Origin: Candidatus Cloacimonadales bacterium
Lineage (GTDB): Bacteria > Cloacimonadota > Cloacimonadia > Cloacimonadales > JAFGVF01
Length of the DNA stretch: 64,000 nucleotides
Direction of reading: 5' to 3'
Assembly (NCBI GenBank): GCA_963662585.1
Contig: OY759729.1
Span: 32,001 to 96,000, forward strand
This document shows, one piece after another, positions 18,754 to 28,206 of the stretch. The notes below the pieces were generated by a model. The model did not search any database and was not told where the DNA came from. It was given only the letters and a program-made list of their open reading frames with translations. The first letter of the stretch is position 1. Every line of letters starts with the position of its first letter. The position numbers and the translations under genes are program-made.

Positions 18754-21612
18754 ATGAAGAAAATAATTCTAACACTACTAGTACTTTCAACCTACATTAT
18801 AGGATTCTCTTTAGATTATAAGATAGTGAAGTCAGAGACCGGACAAGAGATTTCATTTAATCAATTAATTCAAGAAATAAGATTAAATGATGTTGTGTTT
18901 TTTGGTGAACTTCATGATGATTCTTTGCTTCATCAAATCAAGAGTGAAATGTTCCAGCAACTTACTAAAGTTGATTCAAATTTCGTTCTTGGTTTAGAGT
19001 CATTTGCTAAAAATGATCAAGTAGCCTTAAATAGTTATCTAAATGGCGATTTTTCTTATGAGCAATTAGATGCAAACTCTAATCTGTGGTCAAATTATCA
19101 AGAAGCATATTCTGAAGTTGTAGATTATGCTAAAGATAATAATATAAAGGTACTAGCTACAAATACTCCAATTTATATTTCCGGATTAGTTGCTAGAGAG
19201 GGTTATATGGCTCTGAATAAGTTATCTGAAAAAGAGAGAACTTATTATGCTCGTGAATTCAAACCTTTTGAAAATGATTATCGTAGAATGTTTTTGGAAG
19301 AAATGAAAAAGTTAACCAAAGGAAGTAGCTCCCAGGTAAACAGTTTGATATTGGAGAGATTATACCAAGCTCAATCTCTTAAAGATGATACGATGGCTGA
19401 AACAATATTCGACTATTTAGAAGATAATCATCATGCTAAAGTTTTCCATATTAATGGAAGTTTCCACTCCGACAACCACTACGGAGTTTTTCAAAAACTA
19501 GAATTATTGAATCCAAACTTAAAAATATCATCTATATCTCCTGTTTATCTTCCTTCGGGAGAGGCTCTTGAGTGGGATTATACAATGTTTGGTCTTAGTG
19601 AATATATCATTATGTATCACAGAGACCAAGAATCCTCTGTTGTTAATGATAAAGCTGATAAGAGTGAGTTTTTATCCATAGATAAACATACCATATCATT
19701 TATTTTTGAACCAAGTGCACAAGTCCTTACGGTTAATGATAAAATTACTTTCAATCAGACGATTAATAATGACAAGTTACTGATAAGTAAGGATATCAAA
19801 GATCTAAAGATTTATAAGGGAAAAGAGAGTGTAGATTTTAATCAGATTGACTATAATGATAAGTTCAATCAGATAGAAGTTAAAGCGTCTGCAAAAGATC
19901 TAGATTTTGTTTATATATATAAATACCAAGTAAATCAGGAAAGGCCCTTTCATTTTAACCTACAAGAATACATGTGGCATCCTATTGTTTCTCTAGGCGA
20001 AAAGTCTAATTTTGAAGTGAATGCCCTTGGTCCTAATAAAATGAAATTTATTGCTCCAGCTGAAGTTACTATTACTCCTATGAAGAAAGATGCAATCTAT
20101 TATTCTTGGAAAAGTTTCGATAAAGAATATGGTTTTTCTATTATTGGAGATATATATTTCACTAAGAGTGTGGAAACAGATGATATCCTAATTACTCTTT
20201 ATAGTTTCCAAGAGGATTATTACCTTCTGGAGGATTATGCTTATTTTATTGAACAGTATTTTCATAACTATAAGCTATATTTCGGTGATTTTGGTTATGA
20301 TTCCTTTTCTATAATCCAATCAGTAGATCATAACTATAAGTCTTTTGATAATATGTTATTAGTTAATAAAGAAGTTTTTAATACTCAAGATATTTTTATA
20401 TCTCCAGGTGTACTAGGGCATGATCTCGCAAGAGTTTGGATTGATTCAAAATGCAGTTGGAGTCATCAAGGAGCAAATTGGCAAGAGATATTAGCTAATT
20501 TTGTTGCGAACTATTTATGGCTAGAATTAAACAAACCTGAAGAGGCTTCTCTTTGGAGAAAAGCTGCTTTAGAAGACATTAGTGCTATGCCACGCGATGA
20601 AATTAAATCTCTTGAGGAATTTAGTTTTCCTAATAATAAATTTAGTGCTGTAAATGGCTATAAAATAGGTGGAATGCTTTTTTATTATATCTACAACAAA
20701 GTCGGTAAAAATGATTTTTTCGCAGTAATAGGAGATATTTTAAATAATAACAAAATGCTTTCAGGCGAAGAATTTTTTGATTTGCTCCAAGATAAGACAG
20801 GTGTAAAAGAATTTAGTAAACTCATGGAAGAAATCTACCCTGTTAGAGTCTTTATTCAAGAAGCTAGTGTAAAAGATGCTACTACAAAAGTTAAAATTAT
20901 AAGTTCTCGAGGAGATGAGAGTGATTTTGATTTAGATATTAAAATTACCAATAAAGATCAATTTGTACAAACATCTTATCATATAGATAAAAAAGAAACT
21001 ATCTTAGAATTTGGTATAGAAGCAACTGAAATCGCTATTGACCCTGATTATAAGCTATATCGTTATTTAGATAATAGTGAGAATATCTTTAATCTTAAAC
21101 GAACATTCTTAGAAAAACCACTTCTTATTGTTCCACAAGATAGTGAACAATTTCCTGATATATACAATGTTGGTAATCGGCTTAGGTCGAATGGGGTAAC
21201 TATTGATATTATGCCTCTATCCTCTTTGAATGAATTTAGCTGGAAAGAAAAATCCATAATCTATATGGGCAAACATACTAATAATTCTTTGGTAAATACT
21301 TTGCAACCCTATTTACCTCCATCATTCATATTAGGTAATAATAAATTTACTTATGAAGGAGTAGTATATGATCAAGAGAATTATTCCTTAATTATAAATA
21401 CAAAAAACCCATTCGCTACTAACAAATCTATATCAATGTGGCTATGGAATAGTGATAAGAAAATCAGCAATATTCAGGCAATATTTAACTACACTGCCCC
21501 TTCTTGGGTAATATTAGAAGATAATGGAATTGGTTTTACAGAGATTGCTAAAGGTAATTTAGTTGATGAAAATCTATTCCCAACCAGAGTTAAGATAGAA
21601 AGAGGAAACTAA
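18754..21612 (+). CDS. ChaN domain fused to M1-aminopeptidase-like domain with degenerate Zn site
   Basis: The N-terminal ChaN paralogue has GELHD, KDDTMA and NGSFH. The later LGHDLARVW, NWQEILAN, GYKIGGMLF and IDPDY motifs match M1 architecture, but HExxH is absent. Confidence 0.72.
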   Translation: MKKIILTLLVLSTYIIGFSLDYKIVKSETGQEISFNQLIQEIRLNDVVFFGELHDDSLLHQIKSEMFQQLTKVDSNFVLGLESFAKNDQVALNSYLNGDFSYEQLDANSNLWSNYQEAYSEVVDYAKDNNIKVLATNTPIYISGLVAREGYMALNKLSEKERTYYAREFKPFENDYRRMFLEEMKKLTKGSSSQVNSLILERLYQAQSLKDDTMAETIFDYLEDNHHAKVFHINGSFHSDNHYGVFQKLELLNPNLKISSISPVYLPSGEALEWDYTMFGLSEYIIMYHRDQESSVVNDKADKSEFLSIDKHTISFIFEPSAQVLTVNDKITFNQTINNDKLLISKDIKDLKIYKGKESVDFNQIDYNDKFNQIEVKASAKDLDFVYIYKYQVNQERPFHFNLQEYMWHPIVSLGEKSNFEVNALGPNKMKFIAPAEVTITPMKKDAIYYSWKSFDKEYGFSIIGDIYFTKSVETDDILITLYSFQEDYYLLEDYAYFIEQYFHNYKLYFGDFGYDSFSIIQSVDHNYKSFDNMLLVNKEVFNTQDIFISPGVLGHDLARVWIDSKCSWSHQGANWQEILANFVANYLWLELNKPEEASLWRKAALEDISAMPRDEIKSLEEFSFPNNKFSAVNGYKIGGMLFYYIYNKVGKNDFFAVIGDILNNNKMLSGEEFFDLLQDKTGVKEFSKLMEEIYPVRVFIQEASVKDATTKVKIISSRGDESDFDLDIKITNKDQFVQTSYHIDKKETILEFGIEATEIAIDPDYKLYRYLDNSENIFNLKRTFLEKPLLIVPQDSEQFPDIYNVGNRLRSNGVTIDIMPLSSLNEFSWKEKSIIYMGKHTNNSLVNTLQPYLPPSFILGNNKFTYEGVVYDQENYSLIINTKNPFATNKSISMWLWNSDKKISNIQAIFNYTAPSWVILEDNGIGFTEIAKGNLVDENLFPTRVKIERGN

Positions 21613-22541
21613 TGAATACGAATAAGAACCATTTACCTGAATTAGAATATTCTTTTGAAGTAAGAAAGGCTATTGATAATAATGAGCCTATTCTTGTGTT
21701 AGAATCTACTATAATCACTCACGGAATGCCCTATCCTGAAAACTATCAAACAGCTCAGATGCTAGAGAATATTTGTAGGGACAATGGTGTTACTCCGGCG
21801 ACGATAGCTCTCATTGAGGGTAAAATCCACATTGGACTTAATGATTCAGATTTAAAGATATTAAGTAACTTGAAGACAAAAGTCGAAAAAGTCTCTATTC
21901 GCGATATAAGTTATTGCTTAGCGCAAGGTAAAAGTGGAGGAACCACTGTAGCAGCAACATCTTTCTTAGCCAGCTTAGCAGGCTTAGAAGTTTTTGCCAC
22001 TGGTGGAATAGGCGGGGTTCATCGAGGCGTAGTCAATTCTTGGGATATTTCTGCAGATTTGCAATCTTTAAAGAATAATCCTGTGATTGTTATTTCAGCT
22101 GGAGCCAAAGCCATTCTAGATATTTCCAAAACTTTAGAAGTTTTAGATAGTTATTCGGTACCTGTCATGGGATATAAAACAGATGATTTCCCAGCTTTTT
22201 ATAGTTGCACAAGTGGTAACAAAGTAAGAAGAATAGATTCTGCTGTGGAAATTGCTAGCATCTGGAAGAAACAAAGAGATTTAGGATTTTCTACTGGCTT
22301 CCTCATTGCTAATCCAATACCTCAAGAATATGAAATACCTGCTGAGATGATAGAAGAACAGATACTTCTAGCTTTGCAAGAAGTATCCGATTTAAATATT
22401 AGTGGCAAGGAAATTACTCCTTTTTTATTGCAAAGATTATATGAACTTACTGAAGGAGACTCTTTATCTACAAATATTGAGTTAGTGAAAAACAATGTAA
22501 GATTGGGATGTGAAATTGCCAAAGAGTTGAAAGAAATATGA
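21612..22541 (+). CDS. psuG: Pseudouridine-5'-phosphate glycosidase
   Basis: LESTIITHGMPYPEN, TTVAAT, FATGGIGGVHRG, DISADL, GAKAILD, TPFLL. Confidence 0.95.
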   Translation: MNTNKNHLPELEYSFEVRKAIDNNEPILVLESTIITHGMPYPENYQTAQMLENICRDNGVTPATIALIEGKIHIGLNDSDLKILSNLKTKVEKVSIRDISYCLAQGKSGGTTVAATSFLASLAGLEVFATGGIGGVHRGVVNSWDISADLQSLKNNPVIVISAGAKAILDISKTLEVLDSYSVPVMGYKTDDFPAFYSCTSGNKVRRIDSAVEIASIWKKQRDLGFSTGFLIANPIPQEYEIPAEMIEEQILLALQEVSDLNISGKEITPFLLQRLYELTEGDSLSTNIELVKNNVRLGCEIAKELKEI

Positions 22542-24523
22542 AAGTAGCTTTTTATGTAACTTCCCATGGCTTTGGTCACGCTAGTAGAATAGCTGCACTT
22601 GTTACTGAGTTTATTAAATTCGGTTGTGATTGTTATATTATAACCGATCGGCCCAAATTTCTCTTCCCCAAGGAGAATAGTTTCTGCCACATTATTCAGC
22701 GAAAAACAGATACAGGAATGATTCAAGATACTTGGAAAATACCTTCAGTGAATAAAACATTTTCCCAATTAATAGAGTTTTGGGATAATAGAGAAGAGTT
22801 GATTAAGCAAGAGACACTTTTTTTGCAAGAGAAGAATATTGGTTTAGTTATTGTTGATGTTCCCTATTTACCTATACTATCAGCTAAAAGTTTGGGACTT
22901 CTAGTCTATGCAATAACTAATTTCGACTGGTATTTTAACTATGTTGAAATTGTTGATGATAGTACAGATTCAAAGATAGTAGATATCCTTGCGGAAATAT
23001 ATTCCATCTATCAATCTTGCGATAAATCATATATCCTACCTTTTTCCAATGCTAAAAGTGTTCAGGCTTTGCCAAATCAACTTCAATGTGGAAATTTGGC
23101 CAAGTATTCTAAACCAAACAAAAAAGCTATCTGCCAAGAGTTTAAGATAGATTCTTCAAAAAAGTTAGCTTTAATTACTTTTGGCGGAATAATGTCTGAT
23201 ATATCTTATTTTAATAATCTAACTGCTCGCCAGGATTATATTTTTCTAACAAATTCTCCTATAGGCCAAGCTGATAATGTAATTTTGCTTCCTCGCGATT
23301 ATGATTACTCTTTGTTAATCTCATCCTGCGATGTAGTTATTACTAAAGTAGGATATAGCACTTTAGCAGAAACTTGTGCCGCTGGTACTTATCTATGCTA
23401 TGCTACTCGTGATAATTTTCCAGAAGATGAACCTCTAGTTGCTGAGCTTGCTAATTATCCTCATTGTCAGCATTTTAAGTTACTAGATGATTCTATTGAT
23501 ATTGATTTACCTACTGGTGAGATTAAGAAGTTTAAAAGTGATAGGTTTGCCTTAAAGAATAAAGATATTGCTCTAGATATGATAAGTTCTTTTATAAGTC
23601 ATAATAACTCAAAATTAAATTGTATAATCGATTTCGGTACTAATAATAGTACTCTCTTAATCTATTCAGAAAACTCTCAAGATTTTGAACCTGTCTTCTA
23701 TGATATTCGTATAACTGGTATTGGTCTGAATTTAAAAGATGGACTGATACATAAGAACTCTCTAGCAAAAGCCAAACAAGAGTTATCTATTCAGTTAGAT
23801 TTATGTAGAGAATTAAAGATAATACCAAAAATACTAGTTACTAATATTGGTAGAATTGGAATAAATTTTAATTCATTTCAAGAAAACATAGATTCTCTTT
23901 ATCAAGTTGATTGGGAAATAATTACTGCAGAGAGAGAAGCCAAGCTCGGAGTAGATTCTTCTCTCTACTGGAATCCTAATACAGAAAAATTCTATAATGT
24001 TGATATCGGCGGATCAAGTACAGAATTAACTCTTGTTAAAGGTAAAAAGATTGTTCAGTATATTAGTATGCCTTGTGGTATTTTAACTTATTACCATCAA
24101 TTTAGAGATTCTCGCCTTAATTTTGAGCAGATGTCTGAGATAATCCAACAGGATCTTGAAAATGAACTTAGTATCTGTGATTTCCCTGTTAAAGAGACTA
24201 CTTTCTTTTATGGAATAGGTAAAGTTTTCCAGAATCTAACCTGTATTTATGAAGGGAAGAATAATTATGAGCAATTCTCAGAAATTAAGTATTTCGATTT
24301 ACAAGACTTTATGTTTAACCTACACGATTTGATTATTCATAAATCTAAGTATAACTACCATGATTATAATGGTAAAAAATTAAATGAAACGATATTCTAC
24401 ATTTCGCTAGCAATTCTTCAAGCCCTAAATAATATACTAGATACACAAAAATTAGTAGTTAATCCTTGGGGAATTGAATTTGGATACTTATTAGAAAAAA
24501 GGAGTAATAATTATGAAATATGA
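22538..24523 (+). CDS. Fusion of GT-B glycosyltransferase-like domain and Ppx/GppA (ASKHA) domain
   Basis: N-half: YVTSHGFGHASR, TNFDW, ITFGG, ITKVGYST, RDNFPED. C-half: IDFGTN, IITAEREA, VDIGGSSTE. Confidence 0.75.
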   Translation: MKVAFYVTSHGFGHASRIAALVTEFIKFGCDCYIITDRPKFLFPKENSFCHIIQRKTDTGMIQDTWKIPSVNKTFSQLIEFWDNREELIKQETLFLQEKNIGLVIVDVPYLPILSAKSLGLLVYAITNFDWYFNYVEIVDDSTDSKIVDILAEIYSIYQSCDKSYILPFSNAKSVQALPNQLQCGNLAKYSKPNKKAICQEFKIDSSKKLALITFGGIMSDISYFNNLTARQDYIFLTNSPIGQADNVILLPRDYDYSLLISSCDVVITKVGYSTLAETCAAGTYLCYATRDNFPEDEPLVAELANYPHCQHFKLLDDSIDIDLPTGEIKKFKSDRFALKNKDIALDMISSFISHNNSKLNCIIDFGTNNSTLLIYSENSQDFEPVFYDIRITGIGLNLKDGLIHKNSLAKAKQELSIQLDLCRELKIIPKILVTNIGRIGINFNSFQENIDSLYQVDWEIITAEREAKLGVDSSLYWNPNTEKFYNVDIGGSSTELTLVKGKKIVQYISMPCGILTYYHQFRDSRLNFEQMSEIIQQDLENELSICDFPVKETTFFYGIGKVFQNLTCIYEGKNNYEQFSEIKYFDLQDFMFNLHDLIIHKSKYNYHDYNGKKLNETIFYISLAILQALNNILDTQKLVVNPWGIEFGYLLEKRSNNYEI

Positions 24524-25679
24524 TTTTGATAAAATATATGATAGAAAAGATTCAGGTTGCTTTAAATACGACGCCATGAAGATAATGTATGGTAGAGATG
24601 ACCTCCTTGCACTTTGGGTTGCTGATATGGATTTCTCTATCGCCCCAGAAATTATGAATCAGATAAAAGCAAGACTGGAACATCCTATTTTTGGATACAA
24701 CTTTAAGAAAACTGACCATTTCGATAGTTTTATAAAATATGTGGCTAAAAGACATAAGTGGGACTTAGATTCAAGCTGGTTTCAAATGAGTCCAGGTATT
24801 GTACCTGCAATAAATTTTATGGTCAAGATTTTCACTGAGCTAGGGGATAAGATTCTTATTCAACAACCTGTTTATGCTCCTTTTAAAGAGGCAGTAGTTG
24901 CCCATGATAGACGATTATTGGTTAATAATTTAATTGAAGATAAGGGACTATATACCATTGATTTTGAAGACTTAGAAAATAAAATAGCTAAAAGTAAAAT
25001 CTTTATCTTCTGTTCTCCTCATAACCCAGTTGGCAGAGTTTGGACTAAAGATGAGCTACTAAAAATAGGTAGAATGTGTAAAAAACATAATACTCTTATT
25101 TTTGCTGATGAAATCCATAATGACCTAATTTACCCAGGAGCTCAACATATACCAATTGCATCCTTGGAAGATTTTTCAGATTTCACTATTACGATGATGT
25201 CTCCAGCTAAAACTTATAATATAGCTGGTCTCCAGTCTTCAGTAATAATTTGTCCAAATAGTACTTTGTTTGAACAGATTAGAAAATATCTCTTTGATAT
25301 TCATGTTTATGGCTCCAATGCTATCGGAACTATTGCTTTTAGAGCTGCTTACGAGTATGGTGAAGAGTGGTTAGAAGAACTTCTCGTATATTTGCAAGAG
25401 AATCGAGACTATCTCTATGATAGAATTTCTAAGATGAAAGGTGTAAGTATGCAAAAACCTGAAGCTACTTATTTAGCTTGGTTAGATTTTAAAGAATTAA
25501 ATCTAGACGACAAAGAATTAGCAGATTTCTGTAAGAATAAAGCAAAGTTAGCATTGAATGCTGGTGCATCTTTTGGAAGAAAAGGTTCTGGATTTATGAG
25601 ATTAAACTTCGGTTGTCCTCGTTCGATTTTGGTTCAGGCAATGGATAACTTAGAAAAAGCTTTAAAGGAGTTATCATAA
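24513..25679 (+). CDS. patB: PatB/MalY-family cystathionine beta-lyase (C-S lyase)
   Basis: LWVADMDF, CSPHNPVGRVW, DEIH, SPAKTYNIAG, EATYLAWLD, RLNFGCPR. Confidence 0.9.
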   Translation: MKYDFDKIYDRKDSGCFKYDAMKIMYGRDDLLALWVADMDFSIAPEIMNQIKARLEHPIFGYNFKKTDHFDSFIKYVAKRHKWDLDSSWFQMSPGIVPAINFMVKIFTELGDKILIQQPVYAPFKEAVVAHDRRLLVNNLIEDKGLYTIDFEDLENKIAKSKIFIFCSPHNPVGRVWTKDELLKIGRMCKKHNTLIFADEIHNDLIYPGAQHIPIASLEDFSDFTITMMSPAKTYNIAGLQSSVIICPNSTLFEQIRKYLFDIHVYGSNAIGTIAFRAAYEYGEEWLEELLVYLQENRDYLYDRISKMKGVSMQKPEATYLAWLDFKELNLDDKELADFCKNKAKLALNAGASFGRKGSGFMRLNFGCPRSILVQAMDNLEKALKELS

Positions 25680-25680
25680 T

Positions 25681-26487
25681 ATGTTGAAAGAAAGAATATT
25701 ACAAGCTTATGAAGATAAAAGCTATGATAGGGAAGAGGCACTTGAGATTTTTACAGAATTTCTTAACTTGCTAAACACAGGAAAAATTAGAGCTGCTGAA
25801 AAAATAGATTTAAAATGGACTGTTAATGAATGGGTTAAGAAAGGTATTCTCCTTGGCTTTAGACTTGGAAATATCATAGATATGCCTTATTCTAACCATA
25901 AGAATTTTACAGATAAAAGTACTTATCCTGAAAAGCAGATTTACTCTGGGTCAGGTATTAGAATTGTCCCAGGAGGTTCTTCAGTAAGAACAGGCTCTTA
26001 TATTGCCCAAGGTGTAACTATGATGCCTCCTGCTTATGTGAATGTAGGAGCTTTCGTAGATAGTGGTTCAATGATTGATTCCCATGCTTTAGTAGGTTCT
26101 TGTGCTCAGATTGGCAAGAATGTGCATCTATCTGCTGGAGCGATGATTGGTGGTGTTTTAGAACCTATTAATGCAACTCCAGTCATTATAGAAGACAAGG
26201 CTTTTATCGGTGGGAATAGTGGCTTATACGAAGGTGTCTTAGTTCAGGAAAGAGCTATTATTGCTCCTGGTACCATAATTACCAAAGGAACTCCTGTTTT
26301 TGACGCTGTGAATGATAGATTTTTAGACTTTGAAAATTCCCCTATCATCCCAGCGAACGCTGTTGTGGTTCCAGGTAGTAGACCCTTAAAATCAAATCCA
26401 AACTTCCAACTCTACTGTCCTATTATTGTTAAATATCGTGACGAAAAGAGTTCAGCATCTGTGGAATTAGAAAACTTACTCAGATAG
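25681..26487 (+). CDS. dapD: 2,3,4,5-tetrahydropyridine-2,6-dicarboxylate N-succinyltransferase
   Basis: WTVNEWVKKGILL, YVNVGAFVD, GSCAQIG, GGVLEP, hexapeptide repeats. Confidence 0.92.
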   Translation: MLKERILQAYEDKSYDREEALEIFTEFLNLLNTGKIRAAEKIDLKWTVNEWVKKGILLGFRLGNIIDMPYSNHKNFTDKSTYPEKQIYSGSGIRIVPGGSSVRTGSYIAQGVTMMPPAYVNVGAFVDSGSMIDSHALVGSCAQIGKNVHLSAGAMIGGVLEPINATPVIIEDKAFIGGNSGLYEGVLVQERAIIAPGTIITKGTPVFDAVNDRFLDFENSPIIPANAVVVPGSRPLKSNPNFQLYCPIIVKYRDEKSSASVELENLLR

Positions 26488-26499
26488 AATAGAGGTTTA

Positions 26500-27567
26500 A
26501 TGAAAAAATCGATTATTAGACAGATTTTTGACTCAGCTCAAGCAGATTCCATCAATCTTGGCCTAGGAGAATTGCAATTTCCTATGCCAGAATACTTGCA
26601 TAGTGAGGCCGTAAAAGTTCTTTTTGAAGAGAATATTCGTTATACTCCTAATGCAGGACTGTTAAATTCTCGCCATGCTATTGCTGGACAATACAAGCAG
26701 GCATCCTATGAACAAGTAGTTATAACAAATGGGGCTCAAGAAGCACTCTTTGCTACTTTTAAAACTCTTCTTATCCCTGGTGACGAGATACTTCTTCCTG
26801 ATCCCGGATTTAGTGCTTATGAATCTATAGCAAGAATGCTAGGAGCTGTTCCGAAGTTCTATCATCTAGACGAGAGAAGAAATTTTGCTTTAGATAACGA
26901 TTCACTTTTTTCCCAAATTACTCCTAAAACAAAAGCTATCCTTATTAATACCCCAGGAAACCCAACAAGTATTGCTTTAACAGAAAATGAACTTAATGTT
27001 ATAGCAAATTGCTGTAGAATTAATGATTTATACTTAATATCTGATGAAATATATAGAGATCTTTACTTAGAAAAGCTAGCCAACAGTGCCTGGGATTTTT
27101 ATCAAAAGACTATTATTATCTCTGGTCTTTCAAAATCCCACTGTATGACAGGTTGGAGAATTGGTTGGGTTCTTGCCCCTTTAGAAATTGCTCAAGAAAT
27201 TACTGTTACCCACCAATATATCTCTACTTGCGCTAATTATATAGGTCAACGACTCTGCGAATATGCTTTCACAGATCAAGCAAGGCAATTCCAGAGAGAG
27301 TTAAGAGCTAAATTAAGAGTAAACTATCGAACTTTGCAAGATATTCTATCTAATACTATTATTAATAGATCCGATTCTGCTCCTTATTTCTTCATTAACA
27401 TTCATAAAGATGGTTTTGAATTTGCCAAGAAAATGCTAGACTATAAAGTAATAGTTATCCCAGGAATAGCTTTCTCTAAACACTTAACTAACTGGATAAG
27501 AATATCTTTTGCTCTACCTGAAGAGCAACTAATAGTAGGAGCAGAGATACTCAGCAAGTATCTTTAG
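26500..27567 (+). CDS. Class I/II PLP aminotransferase (DapC-like role plausible from context)
   Basis: INLGLGE, TNGAQEA, NTPGNPT, SDEIY, SGLSKSHCMTGWRIG; follows dapD. Confidence 0.8.
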   Translation: MKKSIIRQIFDSAQADSINLGLGELQFPMPEYLHSEAVKVLFEENIRYTPNAGLLNSRHAIAGQYKQASYEQVVITNGAQEALFATFKTLLIPGDEILLPDPGFSAYESIARMLGAVPKFYHLDERRNFALDNDSLFSQITPKTKAILINTPGNPTSIALTENELNVIANCCRINDLYLISDEIYRDLYLEKLANSAWDFYQKTIIISGLSKSHCMTGWRIGWVLAPLEIAQEITVTHQYISTCANYIGQRLCEYAFTDQARQFQRELRAKLRVNYRTLQDILSNTIINRSDSAPYFFINIHKDGFEFAKKMLDYKVIVIPGIAFSKHLTNWIRISFALPEEQLIVGAEILSKYL

Positions 27568-27589
27568 TTTATATTTTGTTTGAAGATCC

Positions 27590-27700
27590 CCTGGTCTTCC
27601 TTTGCTCCCTTACTGGCAACTCAATTTAATTTTGGAATTTACTTGAGATTAGTGAGATGGAGAAGAGGAAAAGCATTGAGGAAGCATTTGGAAAGCACTA
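27590..27700. repeat. Dispersed intergenic hairpin element (copy A) with 11-bp phased AAGCA repeats
   Basis: CTCAA-N18-TTGAG core with pyrimidine/purine arms; similar to 52470-52567 in reverse orientation; exact 16-mer shared with 63813-63828. Confidence 0.55.
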
Positions 27701-27847
27701 ACTAAGAATATGTGCAATAATAATTTAACTGGACTCTCGGAAGAACTTTTTTAAAGCTTTTTTGATATCTGCTAGCTTGCTAAGGATTTATAGAAGTTAA
27801 CTCCCTTAGCGCAATGAGCATTAATTAACTAAATCAAGATTAATTTC

Positions 27848-27878
27848 TTGACATAAAACAAGTAATTTATTTTAATAT
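27848..27878 (+). promoter_or_regulatory. Candidate sigma70 promoter
   Basis: TTGACA (27848-27853), 17 bp, TTTAAT upstream of the spoVG-like/hflX genes. Confidence 0.45.
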
Positions 27879-27912
27879 ATTAGAAAAAATATACAGGTTA
27901 TAGGTGAGAAAA

Positions 27913-28206
27913 ATGATTATAAAATTTAGAGATGTCTCTCAAGGTGTTGTCCTAGCTCGTGCAGTTGTTGAAATAGTCCCTGGAGTCTATATTAATGAAA
28001 TAACAGTTTTAAATGACACTGCAAATGATGATATAAGAATAGAATTTCCTACAAAAAGTTTTAAAGGAAAAGATGGCAGAGCACACCACATGAACATAAT
28101 TATGTTCGCAACAGAAGATAAAAAGACTCTTTTTGAAATTGATATCAAAGAGGCTTATAGAGCATGGAGGCATGACACTAAAAAAGTATTAGTCTATGAA
28201 TCTTAG
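27913..28206 (+). CDS. SpoVG-like nucleic-acid-binding protein
   Basis: Pattern LARAVVEI..GVYINEITVL...IEFPTK...DG...NII...IKEAY parallels SpoVG; AGGTGA RBS before the ATG at 27913. Confidence 0.6.
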   Translation: MIIKFRDVSQGVVLARAVVEIVPGVYINEITVLNDTANDDIRIEFPTKSFKGKDGRAHHMNIIMFATEDKKTLFEIDIKEAYRAWRHDTKKVLVYES

